DNA from: Lama glama
Lineage: Eukaryota
Direction: 5' to 3'
DNA length: 64,000 bases
Assembly (NCBI GenBank): GCA_028534125.1
Contig: CM052840.1
Location: 29,822,001-29,886,000, forward strand
A model generated the notes under the pieces. The model had not been told where the DNA came from, did no database searches, and worked only from the letters and a program-made list of their open reading frames with translations. Made by a program: the position numbers and the translations under genes. Within the stretch, counting starts at the first letter, position 1. The number at the start of each line of letters is the position of its first letter. This document shows, one piece after another, positions 12,556 through 23,050 of the stretch.

Positions 12556-15079
12556 TCTTGCATTTATCTGCTTGCTCGTTCAAGCTTTGCTGAGCACCTG
12601 AAATGCCTGAGATCACTAATAAGACAAGGGCCTCACGTTTCAGCAGCTCATGGTTTGATGTGGTCCCCCCCACCCCACTATGGACAGAAAGTCAGCACGG
12701 GTGAATGTGATGTGAAGTTAGTGCATGACGGCAGAGGGCGTTGATGGGCACAGTGGGAGCCGGGTGAAGCCCAGTGTGCAGCGAGAGCCACGCTGCAGTC
12801 TGTGTTTGGTGGGCCTCCTGTGGTGCCAGGCTGTGGGCTAAGGCCCAGCAGACACCACCTCCTCTGTCCCCTGGGACGAGTCTCTGAGGGAGGTCCCATG
12901 ACCCCCATGCCGCAGGTGAGGGAACCAGGGGTCAGGAGCTGACCACAGAATCGGTGAATGGTCTGTCCGCACGTGTGCTCTTAGCCAGGACCCTAGGCCA
13001 TGCGGGAGACCAGCTGGGAGGAACCAGAGGTCTGGTCCCCAAGGAACCCGCACGCAGCACGAGGGCAGAGCGGCTCCCCAGGCCCTTCTCCGTCTGGAGC
13101 TGGACTCTCTAGGGCCGGATTTGCCAGAAACTCCCCCCGCCCCCGGTGGTGCCTGATGCAGAGCCGGATAGGGAACCGGGCTCTGACCCTGGTCCTCAAA
13201 GTGTGGTTCACGGAGCAGCAGCGTCTGCCTCAGGGGCGGTGAGTCAGGCAGACGCTCAAGCTCCGCCCAGACAGAGGGATCAGAATCCACATTTATCAAG
13301 ACCCCCGCCCCCCCACCTTCCTGCGATTAGCACGCAACTAAAACTTCAGACTCAGAGTTCTTTGCTCCAGGAGCCTCTGGCCCCCTACAGTCACCAGCAC
13401 TCACAGGACGGAAATGTGGGGCTTGGGTTGGTTTGATTGTGGACCTGCCAAGAGGCCATGAGGTGTACCAGATGACCTTGGATGCAGGCTGCAGCTGGAG
13501 ACATAAAGGTTAGCCTTGGGGAAGACCACCCCAGCTGTCTACAACCACAGGGAGGGAAAGGCCAGAGGGCTTTCTGAAGGTCCTCACTCATACTCCCCTT
13601 GTCTGGACTGCAGGACCATCTCACTCTGTTTCCCTCCTGACGTTTTCTGGGAGTGCAGACATCTTTTCAGATCTCTGAAACGTTCTCCCTCAGAACTCTG
13701 TCCGCCCAGAGTAGAGGTGAGGGGTGGCTCTGATCCCGGCCAGGAAGAGGTGGAGACAGCACCTGTGTGCTGCCGCCAGCCTTCCACTGCCGCTGTCCGT
13801 CCCCTACTGCCCCTCCCCAGCCCCGCAGCCATCGGGAGAGGAGACTGGTCAGGGGCTGGCAGAGTGTGATCTTTTTCGAGATCTATGAGTAATTTTCCAC
13901 CCGTTTATGAGCCTTTGGAGCCCAGGTGACTGCCAGCTGCTCACCGGTGTGAGGAAATCCACATAAAACCAGAAAAGGCAGTGGGCTCAGGCGGGGCCAC
14001 GGCAGAGCCCGCGTGGGTGGAGGCTGCCTGCCCCAGACCACAGGGCCTCAGGATACCAGTGGGAGGCACCACAGGCCACCCGGTCCACCCTCCTCTCCTG
14101 CAGGTGGGGAAGCCAGCCAGGGGGGGAGGGGTGGCTCTGGGGAGGGGAGGCGACGCTTCAGTGTCTCCAGCGAGCTGGAACCCAGGCCGGGCCTGCAGAT
14201 GCTTTTCCGCCCCTGACTGAAGGGGGACAGTCTTTTCTGGGGCCCTGTGACTGCTCTAGCCAGATGGCTCTAAGGTCAATTGTTTCAGAATGTGGCCCCC
14301 CCACCCCAGGGACTCTCATGGAAGTGGCTCCCCCTCCCTGGTCCCAACACCTGGTTTTGGACTTAGAGCCGGCTCCTTCCCCACCACTCCGGCAAGGACC
14401 CTCAGAAGGGGCTGGGGTGGCGGGGAGGGAGGCGGGATGGCCCCTGGTGTTTGACGGGGGTGACCTCCGGGGGCCCTGGCAGCCATGGAGAGGAGACCCC
14501 CGCACAAACAATGCCCCCGAGGAAAGAGCAAGCCTGGCGTCGCAGCCCATCCTCCTCCCGCGCCCTGAGTCTCCCCGGCGAAGGGGCCCTTCCTCAGGGG
14601 GCCGCTCTCGGGGTCCTGCCTCACTGCCTGTGCGTGGGGAGCCGGGGAGCACAGCGCCTCTCTGGGGCTGGAGGCCTCAGGGGACCTGGCAGAGGTGACC
14701 TTGGCGCCACATCTCCCCTCGGGGCCCAGCTCTGCAGTTTGGAACAAGGCAAGGGAGGAGGAGGAGTGGGCAGGGGCAGAGGGCGGGAGAGGGCGGGACT
14801 TGCTCCGGGCCTCTCCAGGGGACAGGCGTCACCCCAAGGCCCCCGGCCGCCGCCGCCTCTCTCCTCCAGCCCCACCCACAAGCCATTTGTCACCTCCAGG
14901 CCGGCTTCTGCGGCCCCCGTCCCTCATGGAGGTCCTCCCAAGGCCAGGCCCGTCCCAGCCTCCTTGTGGTATCTCTCAGCAGCCGGGGAGGCGCTGACCC
15001 CTCTCTCCTCGGAGTCTGTCTTCTGCGCACTCCCTCCCCCCTTTCCCCCGCCACCCCACCGATGGCACGATTCTCAAGT

Positions 15080-15865
15080 CCACACCTCCAGCCTCAGCTG
15101 CTGTTGGAATCTCCACTCGTGGCCCACAGGATGTCCCCTCAAGTGCTCACCACCTTCCCTCCCGTGGTGTTCCACACCCAGCATCTCTGTTGTTACTTAT
15201 TTCCTGATCCACAACTTGGCCCTCACCCTTGACCCTCTCTCCTTCACGCCTGCATCCTGTCAGTCAAGTCCCAGTGACCATGCGTCCTGCTTGCTCTGAG
15301 TGAGCCCTTCGCCCTGCACTCGCTGTGGCCACATCACCTGCCCAGCTCACCCCTGCCTGAGTCACTGCCACAGCCTCCACCTGGGCCCTCTGCTTCCGTC
15401 CTGGATTTACCCCCATCTTCCCCACTCGGCAGTCCAAGGGGCCTTAGAACACAAGCCTGATCACATCACCCGACTGCTTAAAAATCTCCGTGGTCCCCGA
15501 AGCCCTGAAGACAGGGCCAAGCTCCCTGCTGGGCTGCAGGACATGCCATCTGCCCCAACCCCCCACCCGTGCAGCAGAGGAGCCCTGCTCACCTGCTCAG
15601 GTCTGGGCTTCGCTGTCCCACCTGCCGGAAGCCTTTCCTGCCTCCACGTTCATCCTGCAGGGGCCCCCGCTGCACCCCCCGGGCAGCCTGCTCACCTGCT
15701 GCCACCCTTTTACTTCCCTGTCTGTGTTTCCCTCCGTGCTCTGAGTTCGTGAGGGTGGAGACTGTCCCTTTTTGACTCAGGATTCCCCGCACCTGGTACT
15801 GGGCCTGACACACACTGGGCACTGCATGGTTTTTGGCTATAAAAATGTACGGATTAGTGAGTGAG
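15080..15865 (+). mobile_element. LINE-2 3' fragment
   Basis: CACCCTTGACCCTCTCTCCTTCAC, TGATCACATCAC...TGCTTAAAAATCTCCGTGG, terminal GCACCTGGTAC...GGCCTGACACACACTGGGCAC...GTGAGTGA. Confidence 0.7.
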
Positions 15866-16941
15866 GAAACAAGGCAGAGAGGTGAAGTAACTTGCTCAGT
15901 AATGAGCCGTGTGTAAGAACAAGAACTGAGACTCAGGTGTGTCTGCTCCTGAGGCAATGGTCTTTCTGCCACCACCTGTACCTCCAGAACACCTTCCTCA
16001 GCTTCCTCAGCATACCCAGGAAGTCCCAGGAAAGGGGGAGCCCCGGGGTGTCCGCCCCCATCCCTGTCCTCTCTCCCCGACAGAGGGGAGAGTCCACAGA
16101 GCTAGGAGGGAGAAGCGCGGGGCAGCGGGGCTCAAAGGGAGGAGGACGTGCAGCCTCGGGCTGCGAGGTGGGCCCCCAGGCTGTGTTTGCGCGGCGTGGG
16201 CTGCGGCCCAGCCCCCGGTGGCTTGCTGTCAGGGTCTGCACGTCAGTACATGTATCAGTCCAAATAGACAGAAGTGGGAGATAAACATGTTATTTTTTTA
16301 AAAAGCCATACAGTGGCTTCCAAAGCCAAGAATAACATTAGGGTTACCTGCCACATGGGGATGGTCTCTGCCCCTGTGGGGAATGGGGACCTTACTCTCC
16401 GAGGAGGCAGGGCTGGGCAGGTGCCCTCCCTGGCACCCTAGTTCCCAGAGCTCTGGGCGGGGCGGGGGTGAAGTTCTGTCTAAGTGTTGGCCGTGGGGGG
16501 ATGGGCAGGAGGCTCTGCCCCCCAGACCACTGCTCTTCCCTTCCTGCTCTGTCCAGCTGGCAGGAATGAGGCTGAGGCCTCCTCAGGGAGCCCCCGCAAC
16601 AGCTGCCTCGGCCCCCAGCCCCTGGCCCCTGTGCCTCTCGGCTGCGTGTCTGTTGACCCGGGCCCTGGAACATCTGGGTGGGCCGAAGCCGGAAGGGAGG
16701 GCAGAGGGCGGGGGTGGGGCCTGGGGCGGGGAGGCTGGACGCCAGCTAAGCCATGCCATTTCTTAGTCCTGCTGCTGGCTGGGGTGGACTGCATCGAGCG
16801 AGCGAGCGAGCGGCAGGTGAGGGCGGGCCCAAGGCTCCTGAACGTCATCAGACGGCACTTGGCACTCACGGCACCTCTGATCAGAGCCCACAGACCCTGA
16901 GGCCAGTGGGGCCCGTCTTCCCGTGAGTTACACCTGCTTTC

Positions 16942-17066
16942 TTTCTGCGGGGTAGGCCGTTAGGTTGGTTTGTTTGTTTATTTCTTTATGGAGGTACTGG
17001 GAATTGAACCCAGGACCTCACGCATGCCAAGCAGTCACTCTACCGCTGAGCTGTACCCTACTCCCC
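16942..17066 (-). mobile_element. tRNA-derived SINE, camelid Vic-1-like, with 17-bp target-site duplication
   Basis: minus strand reads GGGGAGTAGGGTACAGCTCAGCGGTAGAG...GAGGTCCTGGGTTCAATTCCCAGTACCTCCATAAAGAAATAAAC (Pol III A and B boxes); flanked by GAGTTACACCTGCTTTC at 16925-16941 and 17067-17083. Confidence 0.88.
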
Positions 17067-19684
17067 GAGTTACACCTGCTTTCACACTGGTGTGCCTGGT
17101 GCCTGTTCTCCACCCACTCCAACGAGGTCACTCACCCCCAGCACCCCCGGCTCCCCAAACATATCTTCCTTGACCTCCAAGCCTTGGCTTGAGCTGTTCC
17201 TCTTCCTCTCTGCTGCCTAAATCAATACAACACACCTCCTCCAGGAAGTCCTCTTGGACTGATTCCACTCACCTTTCAGCACACTGAGTACACTAAATGC
17301 CAGAACCAGGCATCCCTAGTTCCATGACCAGGGTGGCAGGTGGGGAGGCCCTAGCCAGGGCAGATCAAGAAGGATCCAGGTGGAGCTCTCTTGCTTTGTT
17401 GCTCCTGCTGGACCTGGAGCCTGCCCATAGCTACTCGAGTCCGAGAGTCAGAAGGAGAAGGGAAAAAGGCTTCAGGAGTGTTGCTGGTGGCCACTCACCT
17501 CCCCCGTGATCCAGGCCCTCGAGTATCTGTCGACACAGGGCTGGCAGGCTGGCTCAGGCTGGCTCAGGCTTGGCCGCAGTGGTGGCTCCCAGAGAATCTG
17601 TCCTTTCAGGTGAAAGGGTGGTTTGGGATTTCAAGGTCTTCCTCTGAAATAGCCGCTGCTTGTCGTTGAAAGCCAGCACTGCCCCTTTCTAGACGAAGGG
17701 TCACGACAATTTGTCTGCACCTTCTGAGCCTTGGTTTTATCATCTGTAAACTGGGGTAATGAAGACTCACGAGACACTTGGTGCTCCGACAGGCGTGGCC
17801 CAGGTCAGGTAACCGTGGCGCTGTGGTTAAGACTGTGATCAGACTGACCTGTGGGCCTGTCCCACAGTGTCGGCGCTCTCTGTGTGGGGCCCCGAGACTG
17901 GGTGGCCCAGAGAAGTCTGGCTGTGAGGAGCTGGGGTAAGGGGTCCTTCAGCCCTGCCAGGCTTTGCTACAAAACCAGGTCTCCCAGAGAGGGTGGGTGC
18001 TCCCCTCCTGAGGGGCCAGCCACCCCTCAGTGGCTGTGGCTTTCCTTCCATGGCCCACATCTGCGGTCAGCACCCTCCCCGTGCCGGTCAGGCACACCAG
18101 CTCCAGGGGGAACCTAAGTAGAGGTTCGGGACAATGACACAAGCAGGCCAGGCCAGAACTCTTGGGGACGCGCGGGAGGGTTGGGAGGGCAGCAGGAAGG
18201 GGTGGGGACCACGCGAGCCGGGCAGGCATGGACGGCCCTCCAGGGCACCAGGCCTCGGAGCTGGGGTTTGAATCCGTGTCGTCTGACGTCCGGCTCCTTC
18301 CACTATTCTGCAAAGGTGAGGAGTTTGACTGTGAGTTTTTCTTTTTCATAGATTTATTTTCAAAGAGCAGAACACGTAGGCAGTTTAAATACGAGTCCAG
18401 CCTAATTGCTCTGAGCTGGTCAGCAGTGATGCTAGACTGTTTCACCTCCAGACCCTCCTGGCCGAGTGTCTGCCTGGGGAGGAGAGGTCTGACACCCCAT
18501 TCACCACGGCCTTCCTATCTGCAGTGTGGTCTGCGGCTTCTCGTGCACCAGCCACGTCTCCACGCCCACATCGGGGTTTCAGACCCACCCCCACCCCCAC
18601 GGCCGTGATCACCCCCAGCTGGTACAAACTCAGCTCAGGGCTTCATAAAGCTTCTCGAAGTTACTGAGAGCTTTTCTGCTGCAGTCTTGTTGGAGTTTCC
18701 AGACAGCTTCAAAGTGGGTGTCACTGTCCTGTTGGCCGAGCCGTGAGCCCACCTGGAGCCGAGACTCGGGGCCCGGAGGAAACTGTGTCGTCGAACGTCA
18801 GATGCCTTGAAATAAATGCCCAAAGCTTTTAGGGCCTTAAAGAACCCCTGTCATCTGGTTCTAACTGTGGCCCTTTGGACACGGAGTCACAAGGCTGGTG
18901 GTCCTGGGAGCCTGGCAGCCGCTTCTGAGGTGAGCGGGAAGCTCTTCGTGCCAGGGTCCCTCCTGGCTGGGGGGGCGCCGAACTCCGTGAAGAGACGCCC
19001 TTGAGCTGGTATTGAAGGTACAGTAAAAGGTGAAGGACCGGGTGGAGATGAGAGGACGGCCTCTGTGAGGGGGAGGGCTGCCGATCAGGGCTGGAGGGCA
19101 CACTGGATTTGGGGGATGGCAGCCCCGGGCGGGCCTGGCGCCCTGGCTGGCGGTGCCCTGGGGCAGACCTGCAGAGGAGGGAGGTCTGCAGCCAGGGCTG
19201 GCCCTTCAGTGACCAGCTGAGGCCACCGAGGCCAGTTAGGAGACCCTGCGGGACAGAGCCTGGACCACAGCCCAGGCCCGGGGTCCACTGCCAGGACCTG
19301 GTGACCAGTTGAGGGGAGATCAGGGGAAGCGGCGGCAGCGCACGGGGCTTCTGCTGCTCAGTCGGAAACCCTCCCTCCCGGCCCCCGTGCCCTGCCCCAT
19401 CTGCACACTCCAGAGCCTGGGACGTAGATATACACAGACGCGCTTTGTTTTTAAAACACACGTTTGGTTTTGGTCTGACTCATTGTAGAAAATTTAGAAA
19501 ATACAAAAAAGGAAAAGAAAATAGAAATCGGGCGCAAGGCTTGTCAGCACGTCCGCGTGCGTCTCTGAGCACACGTGCTCTCACACACGCCTCCTTGCGG
19601 TGCGTTGAATCTTTGCCTGCTCTACTCTTCCTTCAAATCGCGCCAGTGCTGGACTGGCGTGGTTGTTTCAGGTTTACATGCTTT

Positions 19685-21165
19685 CACAATTTGAGATCTA
19701 ATTCACATAGTATAAAACTCACCCTTTGAGTGTTTTTAAGCATGTTTGCAAACTGTCCGACCATCGCCACTAATCCAGCACACGCTCCACCCCCCGAGAA
19801 AGCCTGTCCTCGCTTAGCTGTCCCTCTCAGCCCGCTTCCCGCCTCCCTGACAACCACACACCTGCGTTCTCTCTCTCTGGGTTTGCCTGCTGTGGGCGTC
19901 GCACGTAAATGGAATCCCGCAAAACACAGCTTCCTGTGTCTGCTCCTCTCACCTCACGTGATGTGTTCCAGGCTCCCCCGCGTATGTGTTCACGGATCTG
20001 TCAGTGCTTTGTCCCTTTGAGGGCTGAATAGTGCTCCGTCGTTTGGGTGGACCACGACTTGCTTACCTGTTGCCAGGTGGTAGACATCAGGTTGTCCTCG
20101 CTTTTTGGTTACTGTGAGCAGTGCTGCTGTGAACATCTGTGTTTTCGGTTCTCCTGGGCATACAGCTGGGCGTGAATTTGCTGGGTCATATGGTAACTCT
20201 ATGTACAGCTCTTTGAAGAACTGCCAAAACATCTTCCACGGGACTGCGCTGCCCCACACCCGCACCATCGCTGCAAGAGGGTTTGCGGGGCCCCGCGCCC
20301 TGCCAGCGTGCGCCTGTGCCGCTCCGAGGACGGCCGTCCTGGCGGGTGTGCCGCGGCCCCTCGCTGTGGTCTGACTCTCGCGGCCCTGGTGGCCGACGGT
20401 GTCAGGCCTCTTTTCCTGTGCCTGCTGGTCGTTTGCTCACCGCGTTTGGGGAAAGGCCTGTTCAGACCCTTCGCCCACTCTTAACCGGGTTGTCTTTTTC
20501 TGCTGCTGATCTGCCGCAGGTCTTTAAATGGCCCAGACGCAGGGGGTGCTCTGCCCTTCCCGGTGTGTGACTTGCCGTTTTCTCCTGTTCTGAGGCGCGT
20601 CCTTTCACTCCCATGACGATGCCCTTTGGTGAGCAAAGGTTTTCATCTGGATGAAGGCCAGTTTATCTGCTTTTTCTTTTGTTTCTTAGACTTTTTGGTG
20701 TTGTATTTAAGGAACTGTTGCCTAATCCAAGGTCAGGAAGATTTATGGCTCTGTTTCCCCCTAAAAGTCTCATGTCTTTGATCCTTCTGAGTCAGTGTTT
20801 GTAAGTGGTGTGAGGTAGAGGCCCCGTTTCATTCTTTGCCGTGCAGTTAGCGAGTTCTTTCAGCACAACACTTCATCGCCCCAAAGGCTGTTCTTTGAAA
20901 AGACTGTTCTTTACCCGTTGAATTGTCTTAGATCCTTGTTGATAATCAGTTGCCCATAAACACGCACATTTACTTCTGGAGCCTCAGTTCTGCTCAGTTG
21001 GCCTCTACGTCTGTCCTCAGGCCAGTGCCGTCCGTCTTGATCTCTGTCGTTCTGTAGCAGGTTTTGAAGTCAGGAAGTGTCAGTCCTCCCACTTTGTTCT
21101 TCTTTTTTAAGGTTGTTTTGACTGTTCCAGCTCCCTGCATTTCCATGTGGATTTTAGGTGCAGTT
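19685..21165 (-). mobile_element. Old L1 (L1M-type) 3' UTR plus ORF2 C-terminal remnant
   Basis: ORF 19990..20268(-) translates to WQFFKELYIELPYDPA...MFTAALLTVTK, like the L1 ORF2p C-terminus; antisense T-rich L1 text such as GCCTAATCCAAGGTCA and CCACTTTGTTCTTCTTTTT. Confidence 0.88.
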
Positions 21166-21169
21166 CAGT

Positions 21170-21650
21170 GACAAACACATCACATCACACTGTGTCACCA
21201 TCACCACCATCCATCCACAGATCACCTTCTGTCTTGCAAAGCTGGAAGTCTGTGTCCACCAAAAGCAGCTCCCACCCGCCTCGCCCAGCCCCTGCCAGCC
21301 AGACTCCACTTTCTGTCCCTGTGAGTGTGCTGCTCTAGGGGCCTCCTGTGAGTGGAGTCGTGCAGCATTGCCCTTTTGTGCCTGACTCACCTCCCTGAGC
21401 GTCAGTGTTGCAGCGGGTGTCAGCACGTGCTTCCCTTTAGCTGAGTAACGCCCCACGTTCTGTTCACCCATCGTCTGCTGACAGACACTGGGCTGCTTCC
21501 CGCTCTGGGCAGCTATGATGATGCTGTGACCATGGGTTTACAAGTGTCCCTCTGAGCCTCTGCCTCCCCCTAGTCTTTAAGCAGAGAGCACCTTACCTTG
21601 ACGCAGTGTGCGCCCCTGGGAGGCAGCGAGCACCCCCCGCGGCGGGCACT
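21170..21650 (-). mobile_element. Second L1MB-like 3' UTR fragment
   Basis: CACCATCACCACCATCCATC...CCCAGCCCCTGCCAGCC...ACTTTCTGTCCCTGTGAG...GTGGAGTCGTGCAGCATTGCCCTTTTGTG matches the L1MB 3' end pattern. Confidence 0.75.
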
Positions 21651-21829
21651 CTGTCCCGCGGTGCTGGCGGAGTCGGCTTCTTAGCTTCATGGGTGGGAAG
21701 CAGGCCGCAGCACTAGCATCTCGGCAGGTGCCGTGGCTCTGGTGCCCTGCACGAGCCTTGCCCCTCGCCCAGTGGGTGGTTCTGATCCCCTGGACCAAGG
21801 ACAGTATGAGGGTCTATGTACGCTTGTAG

Positions 21830-21960
21830 TCTTGCTACCCTGGCCGGGCGTTGGAATCAGCAGAGGGAATCTGGACAATGTCATGCTCAGACCCCACCCT
21901 GAACCGGGCTCCAGAGGTCCGGGGCAGGCCCAGGCGCCAGAGTTCTAAAAGCTCCTCAGG
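21830..21960. mobile_element. MER5-like fragment
   Basis: TTGGAATCA...GGGAA...ATGCTCAGACCCCACCC...GGGGCAGGCCCAGG...TTCTAAAAGCTCCTCAGG. Confidence 0.55.
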
Positions 21961-22782
21961 ACGGAGAGGTGGGAGCTGGGGTGGAGGTGGGTGGTACACG
22001 GGCTGCCCCAGAACACATGGCCCCCTCAGGGCAGGGACACGGCGGAGCAGCCCTCTGGACTGTGGTTCCGGCCGGGCAGACGGGAGAACGCTCCTCCCAC
22101 CTTCTGTCTGAGAGGCTGGGGCTCCTCTCGTTCTCGGAGCGAAGCAGGCGAAAGCCACGCATTATCACCTGTCTTCCTCAGTCCCCCAGCCCTGGGGCAG
22201 GAGAGATGCCAGGTTCGGCCCAAGTGTGCTTCTGGTCCAAGGCTAAGCTGTCATCTTCTTCTGTGTCTTCGCAGGCGTTAAAGTGGCAAGGTGCTTAAAT
22301 TTTCTGTCCCAGCCGGAAACCACTTGGCTGAGTTTGACTTGCTTCCCTGGGCTGGAGGAGAGGGGTCCTGGCCAGTCTCCCCGTGTCGAGGGCTTCAGCG
22401 GGGTGCGGGGAGCTCACAGGTCAATCAGCCGGGACTGAGGAGATACGTGTAGGGGGACCAGGGCCTACAGGGCGAGGTCAGGGCTCCTGGGGGCCAGGGG
22501 TTTAAAGCAGAGCTCTGAAGAGGGAGGAGCATGCCTCTGTGAAGGGCACCAACCTTTGCAAAGGAACAGAAACGGATAAACCATGAGCTCTGGGATGGGG
22601 GCGGGGGCGCACTTCCCAGATGAACAGGGGACTGGGGGCCTTCTGAGAAACGAGGCTGATGAGAGAGTCATTCCAGGGACAGGCTCTTGAAGCCCAGGCT
22701 AAAGGGTGTGGAGTGACCGGAAGCCGCGAGTGACTCTGAGCAAGAGGACAAGCCCAGAACAGGGGGGTGTTCTGTAGGTTGT

Positions 22783-23050
22783 GCGGGTGGGCGGCTGGGC
22801 GGCTGGGCGGACAGACAGACGGGCGGATGGACGGGTGGGTGGACAGACAGTTGGATGGATGGTTGGACAGACAGACGAACGGGCAGATGGACGGTTGGGT
22901 GGACAGACAGACGGATGGATGGATGAACAGATAGACAAATGGATGGATGGACAGACAGATGGGTGGATAGATGAACAGATGGATGAATGGACAGACGGAT
23001 GGACAGACGGATGGGTGGGTGGACAGACGGAGGGATGAGTAGATGGGTGG
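22783..23050 (+). repeat. Compound (GGAT/GGAC/AGAC/AGAT)n tetranucleotide microsatellite, ~270 bp
   Basis: directly visible, e.g. GGACAGACAGACGGATGGATGGATGAACAGATAGACAAATGGATGGATGG. Confidence 0.93.

Noticed and set aside
16985-17066. Possible tRNA-Ala-like gene
   Set aside because: The TSD, A-rich tail and imperfect stems indicate a SINE rather than a tRNA gene.
19990-20268. L1 ORF2-like ORF as a domesticated gene or active element
   Set aside because: A short degenerate fragment with internal deletions inside a decayed L1 copy.
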